DNA of 64,000 bases from Phoronis australis (GCA_002633005.1 NMRA01000183.1:604397-668396); one strand, 5' to 3'; shown: positions 25,878-39,825, counted from the first letter of the stretch. The notes: generated by a model not told the origin, from the letters alone. Numbers and translations: made by a program.

Positions 25878-27361
25878 GTGTATTGTTGCAAATCGAAATA
25901 CAGTAGATTCCCATAATCGAGAGTTGGTCAGGAGTTTTATATTACCATCTGTCACAACTGAGACAAATTGTTAATGTGATGGACGTACGTTATTTTCCGA
26001 AAAATTCCATTGTTCGCTTCCCGAAATTTCCGCTAGCGTGAGAATTTCTGGACTCAGATCTTTATTTAGGGAGGTTCACTCGGATATGTACCGGTAGGTC
26101 CACAGGGATTATTTGTGAAACCAGCGATATAAATTGACAATAGCATAATATGTAAAATTTTAGAGAAACTCTGACGTAGGTTACTGAGTCAAAAGGTTCT
26201 TGTGCATACCTGGTTCTAGTCTATATTTTTAAAAATCTAGTGCAGCATTTTAAATACCATAACGATATATGCCTCTTTTTCTTATAACCGAATTCTGTAT
26301 TTATCGCTAACCCTTGTAGCGAGATTGCCAATAAGGTAAAAAAGATAGGATTATAGTACATATCTTCCTATGCGTTTTTTATTTGAACGCTCCCCACCCT
26401 TTCTGAAATTAGATGTAACTCGGAGGAATACCAAACAAATGACATTTCCTTGGTCTCGACTTCACAAGTTTGCGGTATTTATTTTCTTGTTGTCGCTAAG
26501 GGTTTCTATATGTAGGCCTATGTAATAAAACGTCAAGGGTACTCACTGGAGAATCGAAGTTATTGAGATTCGAAATATTAGGGTTTAGCTATCCAGATTT
26601 AGGGATTTATATAAAACCGATTACTCCTTCGGTCGATTTTTGAGCAACATTTCCGTTTTGCACGTACATGTATTATTAACAAAACTCCACCGTCTGGTCC
26701 TGTTTTAACGGAGAACCAGTTTTGTGTTTTTTACCCAGAACGAACCTTGGCCAAGCTTTTATGTGCAGGTGAAGAAACCAAATTTTACATATCTTCGAGT
26801 GTATGTGAGAACAATCTGTCTTTTTATGAACACTAGAGTGAGGTCTTTCAAGCAAGACTCGTAACGTTACTTCATGTCCCCTTTGTTTCATTTAGAAACC
26901 TCAGAAAAAGAATGTTTGACGTGTCCATCTGAATGCACACAAGTTATTCTCAATTTTGTATTTTGATATTAGAAATGAGGGTGGCCTCTTCAGTGATAGT
27001 ACTGCTTTCCAAGAGGGCCCTCAACATCGCTCATTTGCCATTAAAATTATTCTTTTCAGGTAAAATGCATGTAGGTGGATGTAATACACAATGTTTCAGT
27101 TTAATTTGTAATCTCTGTTGGTTTGACAATTAAATGAAAGCGCTTGGAAGAGCGACACTTGGCGAAAGTGACTGAACAGACAACGACGTTGGCGAAGAGA
27201 AATAGTCACTAATACGATAACAAACAATTTTTAAGTCCGTGACACGACCGGCAACACTGAAGGACTTCAGTATTACGTCATACTCTTGAAAGGAAAGAGA
27301 AATTATTAAACTGGGAGCACATTTGGAGACTGAAATGGAATAACGAATAAATGAGAATAAA

Positions 27362-27441
27362 GATGATGATGACGACGATGATGACAATGATGATGATAAG
27401 GATGGTGATAAGGATAGTGGCGATGATGAACATGATGATAA
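27362..27441. repeat. (GAT)n microsatellite
   Basis: Directly visible. Confidence 0.85.
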
Positions 27442-27444
27442 GAA

Positions 27445-28361
27445 ACGTTTGACGTATGAAGATGTCAGAAATGAGTAAGAAATATAGTCTTGTTCAATAT
27501 AAGGTAAACGAACAAAAGTGGAGCAAAATTCAGTCTACAAAGGAACAGTGTTATCAGAAAATCTCGAATAATTCAAAAAGAGGCATCCTAGTGAAAAGTG
27601 GAATACAACTTCTGGAAGCCCGTTCCAATTTCTATCGAATGGAAAAGCTACACAAAATTCTACAAAATTTTCGAAAAAAATCAAGTTTTGTAATTTTTTA
27701 AATTGAAAGTCATATGGCTTGAAAACGGTAAGTCAGAGAAAAAGTTACGGTTCACTTGAAAGAGTATTCCTTAAAGAATTCATATACGAAAATTCACCTC
27801 ATTTGCTCTTCCAGTTCAAAATGAAAGTCCAGCACGATTGAAAAGTGTTGAAAATGTGACAGATCCGCCATTTTGAAAACAACTTCCAGCACTTGAAAAT
27901 AGCTAATCACAAGAAAGTATCACATGAAAAATTTCGAAGCAACTGATTCTACAATGAGTCCTCTACAGGACAAAACGTTTTGTTCCCGAAATCGAGGTAC
28001 TCAAACTCAACGGCCAATATATTCGCTATATCTTTGGTCCAAATTTAATGATTGATGACACATGTGTAGTGCACGTCCGCTATCAAATCGTTTAGATTTT
28101 CAGCCGTGTACGTCGAAAACTGCAGTCTCTATGAACATTTAAATCTGAATTCGAAAACAAAATGACCGCCACGACCGCCATCTTTTATCCGATCATAACG
28201 AAAAACAATACAGTAGGCTTTGAGCTACATGTATTCTGGAGCTTCAAGTTGTGTGTGAATTTCCCGAGAATCGGACGAAAAATGCGATCTGTAGTTTGAC
28301 AAAAAACAAAAAAAAATCCATGTCATAGCATCGTACTAGGCGAAATTCTTTCGCCTTGTAA
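27445..28361 (+). mobile_element. Probable Helentron/HINE-like non-autonomous element
   Basis: Ends in the perfect hairpin AGGCGAAA-TTC-TTTCGCCT (28338-28356) followed by TGTAAT. The body has repeated CCGCCATYTT motifs. The left boundary is approximate. Confidence 0.4.
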
Positions 28362-28871
28362 TGACTGCCGAAGTTGGATTTAGTAAAAACGCGTTTGCAC
28401 ACGGTTATTTACGAAATCGTACTCGTTTCAGCGGAATAGAATTATCATCGCACCGAATCGTAGTTGAAGTTGACGGTCTAAGTTAATTCTCGCCATGACT
28501 GCACTTCGGAGTGCCAAACAAGTAGTACACTAGCGTAAGTTTGAATATATGTAAAGGTTAACATGGGCGGATTCAGGANGATCTGTAGTTTGACAAAAAA
28601 CAAAAAAAATCCATGTCATAGCATCGTACTAGGCGAAATTCTTTCGCCTTGTAATGACTGCCGAAGTTGGATTTAGTAAAAACGCGTTTGCACACGGTTA
28701 TTTACGAAATCGTACTCGTTTCAGCGGAATAGAATTATCATCGCACCGAATCGTAGTTGAAGTTGACGGTCTAAGTTAATTCTCGCCATGACTGCACTTC
28801 GGAGTGCCAAACAAGTAGTACACTAGCGTAAGTTTGAATATATGTAAAGGTTAACATGGGCGGATTCAGGA
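28286..28871. other. 293-bp near-exact tandem duplication around a single N (probable unmerged contig overlap)
   Basis: 28286-28578 equals 28580-28871 except for one A in a homopolymer. N at 28579. Confidence 0.9.
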
Positions 28872-28998
28872 TTTTGAGTTGGGGGGCAGGGCAGAGTGCC
28901 TGTCGGACATTGGCACTCCAGAACTGCCCAATGGAATCAAGTCTTGGAGAATTTTAGGGGGGCATGGCCCCCTTGGCTCCCCCCTAAATCCGCCACTG
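28855..28998. mobile_element. G-rich MITE (CATGGGCGGATT / AATCCGCCACTG TIRs)
   Basis: TIRs visible. Same terminal type as 40818-41796. Confidence 0.65.
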
Positions 28999-29389
28999 GT
29001 TTAAGAAACCATGAAAAATTCGGTTAGAATAAAAACGTGGAAACATACACAGAGTCGATTCCTACACGAGTCTTATGTTTATGACAAGGGCAAAGCCTCT
29101 CGGAAATTTCTTCAAAATCCCGAACGTTAGACTTGTTTTCTCACATGAACCGTAAAAACGATCGTTTTGCCTAAAAACTAAACGTGTCTAAAACTTTCAA
29201 CCACATGACGTAATTTTTGTAAAAGCACGCTTGGGTAATGTATAGTAAACCCAATTACTTTTTGCTAATAATTTATTTTAAATTTAACAGTTGCAAATTG
29301 TATGTAGCTTTCGTAACAAACGTTGAAGTAATAATCCGATGAAAACTTTTTATGTATAAGAAATATTTTATAACTAGTTAGCAATGCTT

Positions 29390-30380
29390 CCCCGCGCGAG
29401 AGCACTGAATTGACCTTGCATAACGAGTCAGACTGCGTGATTTCTTGAGTTGGGGTTCGTTGAGCGTGGACATGGAATTCTCCACCGAAGACGAGTCTGT
29501 TTAAAAAATTTGCGTTTCCTTCAGACTGGGTGCACATATATTACATCGAATGCAGCGGCTGCTTTGGATGACATATTGAAGCGTGTCAGATTGTTCGAGC
29601 GAGGTGGAGGTTAAAATATTTGAAATATTGCGGTGCTGATGATAGAGTAATTTTTCACTGATTGTCTGTTCTTATGACCGTTTAAGAAGTTGTTAGCATG
29701 TCCTTCCCACTGGGGCTACTTACACGCAATTTGTCAATCATAACCTAGTCACCTTCACGGATTGTTTGTTGTTTGTTACGGTTTGGCCGACTATAAAATG
29801 TAAGCCGGGTGGTTTCCTACTCTGCACTACTTTGTGATTCGCCCATGTAGTATGAAAAAACGTACTCGGTGTTATTTACCAGTCGTGTAGTAACACATTC
29901 CAGGTCATGTGAGAAATAGTCTTTGAAGTTGTAATGTTAAAACTCAACAAATGTTTGTAAATTAAAGCCAGCAGGACCTCCCCGTGCGAGCACTGTATTG
30001 ACATCACAGCTACACGGTCTCAGAGGGTTTCTTGAGTTGGGGTTCGTCTTTGTTTGAATGAACGCGGATGTGGAATTCGCCACCGAAGATGGGTCTGTTT
30101 ACGAAGTCCTTTCGACTGGGAGTACATACAGTTGCGACACCCGAAATGTCAATCGTAACCTCGTTACTTTCACTGAATTCCGGCATTGTTTGGTTGGCGC
30201 GCGTTTGTTTGATGGCATTAGTGTTTTGCAGAAGATAAAATGTAAGGCGTATGGATTTCTACTTTGCACTACTTTGCACTATCTTGCACTACACTGTGAT
30301 TCGCCCATGTAATATCAAAAGAAATATGTGCTCGGTATTATTAACCAGTCGTGTAGTAAAACATTCCAGGTCATGTGAGA
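29390..30380 (-). repeat. Two tandem copies of a roughly 400-bp dispersed repeat (third copy at 53673-54036)
   Basis: Shared blocks GAGCACTGAATTGAC, TTCTTGAGTTGGGGTTCGT, GGAATTCNCCACCGA and ACCAGTCGTGT...GTGAGA. Confidence 0.8.
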
Positions 30381-33033
30381 GAAGGTATTATGTGGCTTGG
30401 TTGGCATTACCGTACCGTATCTGACTTCAAATCACCGACCAAGGAAAACACGCGGCAGCATATATTCCCGCGCTTTGGCGCGTGCACCTACGCATGTGCA
30501 TGCATATGAGGCTGCAACTATATCCGAATTTAGCCACCTGCACGTGAAAGAAAGATCAATCAGCAAGAAGTAACAGAAGGTTGAGTTAACACGTACAATT
30601 TTCTGTGATAGTGCATGTAGGATATATCACTATCTGTGAATCTAGGGGTGTGCGCCTACATTGTATGGACAAAATATTTGAGCAAAATATTTGAGAAAAG
30701 CTACTTATTTCGAATGCATGTGTAGGCGAATTGGCCTAAGTAGGTGTGTATTCGGTATGGGCTTTTGATCTATATTTGATTCATGTCATCATGTATTCAT
30801 CAATTCAAATTACGTTATTCCGAGTTTTGTATTGTGTTTGCAGAGAACATTGAGCGCTCATTTTAATTTAAAACTCCTCATTTTTGTTTCTTGTGTTTAA
30901 TCAGCTGCGACATTGCATCAGTTGGCATGAGCTCATGTGAGCCCTTTATTGACAATGGATGTTCGACTGCATTCCGTAGACGCATGAAACTCGCGAAAAT
31001 GCAAAATCACGTGAGTCTTCATATATTACAAGTTAAGCACGCGATGGCACTAGCTTTTCTCGCGACTGTGATTGGGTCTACGGAAACAAGACTAGAACTC
31101 CCTCTTCGCCTTTCATCGATGATGAGATATCCCAAATTACAAAACAGCTGAGGGTACTTTATCTCAGAAAACATCCTAGGTGTCGTCTATACCACGCTCA
31201 ACTGAATTATGTAGATACTATAAGCAGATTTGTACATGGGAATTGTTTGTTTTTGAAATAGCTTTTCCAAGCACATTTTGCATTGTTTTTCGATGTTGTA
31301 ATTCTGTTTTCTGTCTCCAGGGTTGGATTTGCCGCGAGAAAATTTGGGAAACCCTCCGTAAGGTGGGGTAAGATCACGTGAGCGCAGCTTCTCCGTGCTG
31401 TTATTGCTGATTTGAACGCCACCTATACTAACGTAGTCGGCATGTCGACTGTATTCATTTTACTAATGTTCAAAAGATGTTACTGTGGTGCAGTGCAAAG
31501 CATTCGACACGCGAAAACCTGGGTCTGATGCTGACTTGTGATGCCACCTAGCTGTAAAAGGAAATACTAATTTTATCCCACATTGTTTGACGTCAGCTAG
31601 ACAGCCATCAGTCACAGTTCCACATGGTCAACAGTCAATCTTTTCTCAAAGACTCCATTTTAACCGACATTTTAGGCGCTATAAATTAAATGGCTAATAC
31701 ACGCACTCTTTCGGAGCATCCACTCATGTTATGTTTCGACTTTTCACTAATCACAAAACCATTCGCGGGTTTCCGACTCTTTCTACTGTCACTGCATGCG
31801 TAGGTCTATAGCATTAGTAACTACCACAGCAGCAGTTTGCTTCTCACTAGACTTCTGCAGACAACACTTGCACCGCATCAAATCTTGACATGCGCCTGTA
31901 CTAACCAGACAAGGGCATCGCAAGGGAACGGAAAAACTCACAGTTTTTATATCCCTGCTGCCAAGGAATCTGCCATGCGTGCACGTGCGACAATGCACGC
32001 CTGTAAGTGTTCCAAGTTGAGGCAAAGTGCTTCTTTAATCCGCCGCCCTTCAAAAACTCGATGATTGTCTTATTAAGTTAGTGACGTAGTGTTGTGTGAT
32101 ATGGATTTATACGTTTCATTGATCTGCTTGGCACATAACTCTTTTGCTCAATATTCTCTATAACCAATGTGGCGAACATTCCCAATGGCAGGTATTCTTT
32201 TGAAGAGATAAAGTGTGAAAAAATAAAGAAACAACTCATCAAGTTAAAGTCATGTGACGTGTTCGTGGCTTCTTAAGCGACGATTTCAGCTCTGTGATCA
32301 TATAACGTGAGCAAGAATTGGGGCTGGACAGTGTCATGAAAAATGCCATTGTTTCTGCTATTTATTATTTACTGAATGCTTTTCTTGTTGTTGGTATTGT
32401 CTCCCCTGATCTTTCTATGGCTATGGCTCATAATTGGCTGTTTCTGGGTGTTCAGCGTAACAACTGCTTCGTCATGCACATACACTACCTCTAACTGTCG
32501 TCCGCTGTTGTTTTTCCTTCCTTGCCTCTTCCCTATGTCCTTGCTGAAAACTGTTTTGCATTACTCGTTTAGAATTTTGCAAGTCTCGATACTCGAAACC
32601 ATATCTGTGTTATAATCCCCTGCCCAGGCAACGTACATATATAGGTGTAATCTGGTCAAGTCTGTCCAAGATTGGCTGGTTGTTTTTTTATCCTGCACCG
32701 ACTCGTGTCCTCATTGTATTCTGCATTTTGAGTATCACGGCGTCTGCCTTACACTCCCATTGTTCAACTTTTGCACCATAATCGAACACAATTTACAACA
32801 CCACCCAAACAGGAGTCAGTTGCTGTTCATGAAAATGATCCTCAACCGCTTATCTTCGTTTAATAAGAGACACGGCACATTTGAACAAAATGTACAATCA
32901 TAAAACTTAAACCTGGCAAGGTATAATATGCATCACAATTGGTGTTCGTGTACGATATCAGGTTTTAGAACAGTCGAAAACATAGGTTCGGTTGCACGGC
33001 TTGTCATTGCGGGAGTCTTCATGTATATTCCAG

Positions 33034-34035
33034 GTACTGGCTGTCATCTCGATATTATTCATCATACTGTCGACAATTGGTTTGACATTGAATACTATTC
33101 CTGAAATACAAGATGAAGACGAAAACGGTAACAAGAAAGACAATGCAAAACTAGAGCAGGTGGAAGGTATCTGTATAGCCTGGTTCACCCTAGAGTATCT
33201 TCTGCGGTTTTGGGCCAGTCCCAATAAATGGAAGTTTTTCAAAGGTCCTTTAAACATTATCGACTTGTTGGCTATTATGCCCTATTTTATATCACTTGGA
33301 CTTGCAGAAACTAACCGAAGTACGGAACAGTTCCACAACGTTCGGCGGATTGTTCAAATTTTCAGAATAATGCGTATCTTAAGGATATTAAAATTGGCGA
33401 GACATTCCACCGGTTTGCAATCCCTTGGTTACACCTTACAAAGAAGTTACAAAGAACTTGGCTTGCTTGTGATGTTCCTTGCCATTTTCATACTCATGTT
33501 TTCAAGTCTGTGTTACTTCGCCGAAAAGGAGGCGAATGGCAAGAAATTCTCTAGCATACCAACGACTTTCTGGTGGGCCGCTATTACCATGACAACCGTT
33601 GGCTATGGTGACATGGTTCCCATAACAACGTTTGGGCAGTTAGTGGGTAGTGTATGTTGTATCTGCGGAGTCTTGGTTATTGCGTTGCCTATTCCCATCA
33701 TTGTCAACAACTTTGCCGAGTTCTACAAGGATCAGATGAGGAGAGACAAAGCGTTAAAGAGGCGGGAGGCCATTGCTCGTGCGAAGCGTAGTGGAAGCAT
33801 CGTGTCGTTCCATTCAATCAACCTTAGAGACGCGTTCGCAAGAAGCGTAGAGCTGATAGATGTGTCGGTGGACAGTAATCATAGAGCCCACCAACATCGG
33901 GACAGCGGAACACTGGCGTTGCCTTCGATTGCTCCACCATCTGACCAAGAACATGAGCCAAAGTGTTTTGCCGATCACGTGACTCCCAATCTCGTCGATG
34001 TCGAGCACTCCAGATCGTCGTCCTTGAACACGAAG
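33034..34035 (+). CDS. Shab: Shab/Kv2 coding exon 2 (S1-S6, pore and proximal C-terminus)
   Basis: Phase-0 acceptor TTCCAG|GTA joins ...TAAR|[10 protein letters not shown]4 [21 protein letters not shown], filter [10 protein letters not shown]6 [11 protein letters not shown] and Kv2 motif [14 protein letters not shown]. The 3' end is either 34035 (AAG|GTAGGG, phase 0) or 34055 (CG|GTAAGT, phase 2). Confidence 0.95.
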
Positions 34036-34765
34036 GTAGGGCCCCAAAATGAGCGGTAAGTCGTTTCGCAATCTCCTTGGCCCATGTTATAGAAGGTCGA
34101 ACACAAAGTTGTAGATGGGCTTTGCATAGGCACATGGCTGCCACTAACTGTTTTTACCAGAATGAAAAGTCACACGAAACGTAAATCTGGTCGCAGTCCG
34201 TAAGAACATTGAAGTACCCCCTTCCTAAATCAATACAATGAACTTTTGTCCCCGTAAAATCAATGGTCGGTCTTATAGCTACATACTGTGAACAACCGCT
34301 GATAAAACAGACACTGCGCGCTTGTACGTCTGCATTTTTCGCCAGCGGACTTTTGTTTTATGTATCCGAGTCCTACCGCAATTACAAGCGCTATTAGCGG
34401 TGTTTAGAATCAAGTATCTTCCGAATGATAAACATTGCACATTCAATAAAGTGTGGACTGTTCTAAAAGCCAAAATGAGATATCATAGGAACATGAACCG
34501 TTACGAAAATCGATTTTCACGTTCGTCAAACGTTGAACAAGTTTCAAAAATGGCATTACTTGTCTCTTGATCTTAGATTAAAAAAATTGAATTTCGTCTG
34601 TTTTTCAGTCGAATTCGACAAGCTGGAGGAGAATCAAAACTGCTCATGATGTACTGAAGTTTCACCGAAACTTTGTCACCTTTACCCAAAATCTCCGTCA
34701 GCAGCCTTATAGTTATTTTCTTGCGACAGCTCTCTCATTACATTGCAGTAGATTTCATGCTATCG

Positions 34766-35169
34766 TTGGCCAAATAGGTGAAAGTTAGGAACGTAAATTA
34801 CGTGCGTAAATTAATTATTAACTGCGTATACGGAATAAATTAATCATTTGTGGCATAAAATAACTTTTAATGGCGTAAATTAATTCTTTACAGTGTAAAT
34901 TCATTGTTTACGGTGTAAAATAAAGTCAATTTATGCAAGCAATTTACGTGCATAACGTTCAACCATGTGGCCAACGATAAATTTACTTAGTAAACAATTA
35001 ATTTACACCATTAAAAGTTAATTTGCCCTGCAAACAGTTACTTTAGACCCTTAAAGGTTAATTTACGCCACGAATAATCAATTTACGCCGTTAAAAAATA
35101 ATTTGCGTCACTAACAAGAATTAATTTACGCACTTAATTTATGTGCATAACGTTTACCCATTTGGCCAA
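34766..35169. mobile_element. AT-rich foldback/MITE with long imperfect inverted arms
   Basis: TTGGCCAAATAGGTGAAAGTTAGGAACGTAAATTACGTGCGTAAATTAATT is mirrored by AATTAATTTACGCACTTAATTTATGTGCATAACGTTTACCCATTTGGCCAA. Internal GTAAATTAA subrepeats flip orientation mid-element. Confidence 0.8.
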
Positions 35170-35379
35170 GATTTCATTCAGGTCCTTTTCGCTACAGTCC
35201 ACGTTCGGCAGACGATGTTATATCACCGTTAGATGTCGCGTTTGCGGTTGAATATTCTTAAAACATCCGTTTTGCAAGCCTGCAACAGATAAGTCGTTTT
35301 CTTTGAGTGGTATATTTGGTGTTATTGTATGATTTGGGCATATTATGCAGTTATACATCCGCCCGCTGGTATCATATTG

Positions 35380-35509
35380 CATGGGCGGCGCACCATAGGG
35401 GGCTGGGGGGCTATAGCTCCCACTTTTTCAGTGCTACGCGGCACGTGGTGCACCACAAGGGGGCTGAGGGGGCTTTAACCCCCCACTTTTTTCAGTGCTG
35501 CGCCGCCCA
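35380..35509. mobile_element. MITE with CATGGGCGGCGCA TIR and 5-bp TSD TATTG
   Basis: TIRs visible, with the last 2 nt of the right TIR missing. TATTG on both sides. Second copy at 52184-52329. Confidence 0.8.
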
Positions 35510-36456
35510 TATTGGTGTTGATAGTTCGTAATATTGATCACAGCTGTGGTAACGAAATTTCAATTCCCTTTAAAAACTTGTTTATGGAAATCCCTTATCA
35601 CTACTTTATCGCTGCGCCACTAGCTCGTCACCGAAATCGACTGTCAGTAAAGCCTTTTTATGCCATCCGGATTCTTACGATACTTATTTTTTATTGACCG
35701 CCTTGATCGTGTTCTTTTGAGAATACATTGACAGTGTGAATCCAGAAGTCACTGATACATGTGGAACACGCTCAGTGGCACGTTTCACAGGAATCAAACG
35801 TCTCATTTTGAGAAAGCGTGTGCATTGCACTCGTTCATACCAGTACCTTGTCACTGTAACGATGCGCACGTGAACGCGGAAGTCCTAATAGTAGATGTAT
35901 ACTTGTATACCCTGATATCTGTTGTATATCGTGAGTTAGATTCTACCGCGGGTACCAGTGACCAGAGCGTTCTATTACGGCGACTTTCGGATTCACGCCT
36001 GCATTTTACAGTGGCGATTTCAAGGCACTCGTAGGAATGAGTGTAATGCGCGCTTTCTCAAAATAACACTACGCTGGGTTGCTTCGAAATCTGCCATTGA
36101 AACAGAATCTGAGCGTGTTCAATGTAGTCGTAGCATCCACTTGTACGAACGAGTGCGACACGCGCACTCTCAAAGAACACGTTGGGTTGCTACGGAATCC
36201 GCCATTGTACTATAATCCGAACATGACTGATCAGCCACCTCTGGCTTCACGAGAAACTGTGCGATAAAGTTTGCTTTACTTTAGTACGACACGAGTGGAA
36301 TGCAGGCGTTCTAAAAAAAACGCGTTGGAGTTCCATAGTTTTAAGTAACTGAAAATATGAATCACTGGGTGAACCGAAAACGGCCACACAGTTCACTCCA
36401 CGTAGAACTGGCGTGTTTTTAACGGCTAACAAAATGTTCATTTGCTGGGTCTTAAG

Positions 36457-37661
36457 TAGCCTCGTCGCCAAGCCTCGAGATGGCACTGATCGGTTTAGCC
36501 AAGTACACTATTTCACAGCGCTACCGAAGTGCATAGCGTGTACAAATGGTAGCGATGTGATCAGTATGTTTGCGCATTAGCGGCGTTTTCCCGTTGCTCC
36601 CAACTTGTTCGATTCTATAGCCCAACAACCTAGTTGGGAAGATCACCCCTGTAGCCAATATCTCGACTGATTAACTCCATTCTGGCGTTCATGGTTGGAA
36701 GGCCGGCTCTCTTTTGTTCGATAATTGCTCTAATCTCCGATCAGATCTTATTTAGCCTGACTGGGCTGTGCTGCTAAAATGTACAACATATCTGAACATA
36801 AACCAATAGCATTTCTGAATTCCTTGTCAAATCCTGATCAGGTTTAGTTTTTGAATCACCAAAATCGCCCAACTACAACAGAAGTCAAGACAATCCATTC
36901 TGCCAGGTTTCAGTAACCCTGAAGCCTGGGAGATAATTGGCCTGCTTGTCATACGGAACAAACGACTTTGCTGGGAAGTAAACAAAGGAGCCAGATGTTA
37001 TCGCGCGTTCAGACCCCCTCACGTCTGGAAAACTTGCTGAGCGACAGAACGCCGTCATGGACCAAGGCATGCACATTGAGGCCCACAAACAGAATTCTGC
37101 GTGTCGTTCATCAAGTTTCCACAGCGCAACTTTTTAGTATAGGTGGCGTTGTGTCAGGCAAATAGCCTCGCTTGTTCCCTGCGTGCCGCTAGGTGGGGCG
37201 GTAGCCGCGACAGCACGCAGATACCACTTAATTTTCCTCGGGAAATATTTGAACACCGGCGTTTCTGATTGGCTGGTCGAATTCTCAGCAGGCAGTGCTT
37301 TACGCAAACAAACTGGAATGAGTGACGATACTGTTCTGTATTCAGACAGAGTGAATAATACACCGGTTAAATCGGCCAGATATGTGCTCACTGTAGGCCT
37401 ACATGTATGTGCTTCGAGCTATTAAACATCACTGCAGAAGCGAAATAGTTGCTGCGACGCCACTTGCATGACAAGGCTAAAAATCGTTCACAGTCCGTCA
37501 TTTTTTCACGGTGTTGTAACTTACGAGCTAACCAATGACTGCTGAGGTTACATGAACCACTTCGTGATGCCTGCGTGCTGGCTAGGCACGTACATGTAGG
37601 GGACCATCCAGGCAAATAGTTAAACCGATCAGCGCCATCTTGAGGCTTGGGGACGAGGCCG
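36457..37661. mobile_element. Non-autonomous TAG-ended DNA transposon with about 40-bp TIRs, containing a nested element
   Basis: TAGCCTCGTCGCCAAGCCTCGAGATGGCACTGATCGGTTTA versus TAAACCGATCAGCGCCATCTTGAGGCTTGGGGACGAGGC. Confidence 0.75.
37163..37615 (+). mobile_element. Nested MITE (TAGCCTCGCTTGTTCCCT TIR); second copy at 39826-40410
   Basis: Colinear similarity with 39826-40410 along the whole length. TIRs visible. Confidence 0.8.
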
Positions 37662-39088
37662 CGTCGCGTGCACGCTCAGCGCAGTGACACGTAGGATGCG
37701 ATCGCATTGATAGAACCAAATTATGTTTGTCCCTCATAACCTTAACCTCTTAACTGCAAACGACACATCTTCACCAAAATGTAATCAACTGGTCCTTCGT
37801 CGAGTACTCTCGTAGATTTCTTTCAAAATTGCTCCGAAACGTTTTCAGTTATTACCAGCTGTCTGATCGAACCTGCAATCGACATGCAATCGAAACCTCG
37901 GTCGTTATTCCATTTTGGGGTCTGAAAACTAACAGACTGACATTAGTGAAATTCTGTCACACTGCTTTTTGTGCATAAGTTAACTAAACACAAAAGGCTA
38001 CGGGTCATGGTCGAATCACCAATAAAGATGGCCAAACTTGACTGCGTTCTGTGGACACAAGAATCACGCGAGTAAAAATATTGTGGTCATCAGCAGCTTC
38101 ACTTGCAATTCGTCGCGATATCTCGCTGACAACGTGGAATGATCTTGCGCTTTTCGCGATATTCTTGCATTTACGGTACTTGTAAATATTGCTGTCTTTG
38201 AAAAATCATGAACACGTTACCCATGTACATTCGTCAGCCACTTTGGTATTTTAAACAAAAGGCATTCAATGAAATGTTGTAGTCATGATAAGAATTCTAG
38301 TATCAAGAAAGATCCAATTGACGGTTCATATCACCGGCTTTGAGATGTTTTAAAATAAGTCATATGTCTCTGTTGACGTACATTGCACAAGTTAGGTTAT
38401 CATAATTTTTCATCAATACGATAAGGCATGTCCACAAATGTTTTCCCAGTCATTAGTAGAACCAATTTGGGTATTGTGTTGCTATATGAAATTATATTGA
38501 AAATATTCAAAAAACTCTTGAGAATTGGGTGTATATTTTAGCATTTTCCATCCACCATAAATAATGTCGTAGAAGATTATACAACTGAAAAAATGTGCGT
38601 GTACAGAATATGACAGAAACTGTACATGTATTCCGCATCCTCAATCTGACAAAGTATAAAATTGCTCGGCTTGATTGTGACATTAATTTATTTCCCCCGT
38701 GTTTCTGTAAGGATTCAAAGAAAATGTGAAAATTCGTCCTAAATACCCGATCAAGTGGGTGCTCTTTCCATGAAGAGACACATGCCCTTAACTGAAACCA
38801 TCGCGTAGATGCTCATCCTGATGTCAGCCACTCGTATGAACAAGCTATATAATGTATGTCAAAACACCTGTAATACTTTTCCCTGCGTTCTCAGATGATA
38901 ATTCTTAATTACCAGTGAGGAGTAGAACATTTAGTCATGGTAATGCCTAAAACAGTGTAAACGCGTGGTTAAATGGTGATCTAGCCAAGTGAGATGAGAT
39001 TTACGGTTCATAATATGGGAAAACGCAAGCAGCATTGAGAAACAATGTTTATAAGCATAAACTCTTGTATTGTTTCGTGTTTTAGCAG

Positions 39089-39494
39089 GAAGTCGCGGCC
39101 GAAGGAAGCGATGGTGGAAAACCTAGTGGCGACGCTTATGAAATGAAAAACATTCCGTTCAAGGAGAGGCAAGGAATTCACGTAAATCCGCTCGCAGAAC
39201 CACCTAACTATGATGTTGCTAATGCAATGCATGGTAATGACAAAAAACCAGCTCAAATTGTACAGAAGTTAGACGAAGGTCTGACGCACACGTGGCAATG
39301 TGATCAGAATGCGAACAGTTCATCTATGCAAACCTCAGAACCACTGTCGGGAGTCGGGAAACGACCTCTGATAAAGAAAAAATCGGGTGAGGCCCTTCAT
39401 GCCCGATTTGTTGATGATGACGTCAAACCCAAAAGTGGCGACAGCCGCAGTTCTGCCGCACGACCGAGATTTAAACTGAAAAAATCGCTCACAA
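39089..39494 (+). CDS. Shab: Shab/Kv2 coding exon 3 (variable cytoplasmic C-terminus)
   Basis: TTTTAGCAG| NAGNAG acceptor in phase 0. Open frame EVAAEGSDGGKPSGDAYEMKNIPF...KLKKSLT. Donor A|GTAAGT in phase 1 matches the next exon. No homology support from memory. Confidence 0.7.
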
Positions 39495-39825
39495 GTAAGT
39501 ACAGTGGGTCTTGAAGTGGACAAACGTGTATTTCGTTAAATTGTTCTGTTTTGCCTTTTAAAATAATATTCACAACTACATGCATTTACTGCGTAAGCCA
39601 ACACTACCGTGTATTATCTTACTTAGATCCGGTCAGAGTAACTCCACATGCGATATGTGCAGACGAAAAAATCATGGCATTATCTTCCATTATCGGGGAT
39701 CAAAACCTATGCCTAGCGACCAGTTCTGTTTTTTATAATGGCGCTTCTTTACTTCTGCTTCCCTTTCCCGTAAATCTTCTTGTTGTCTAACTATTTTAGC
39801 GTGATGTTATTGGCAACCATGGAGA

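Noticed and set aside
28286-28871. Apparent LTR-like direct repeat
   Set aside because: Near-identical copies abut a single N and cut across two different elements, which is typical of an unmerged contig overlap.
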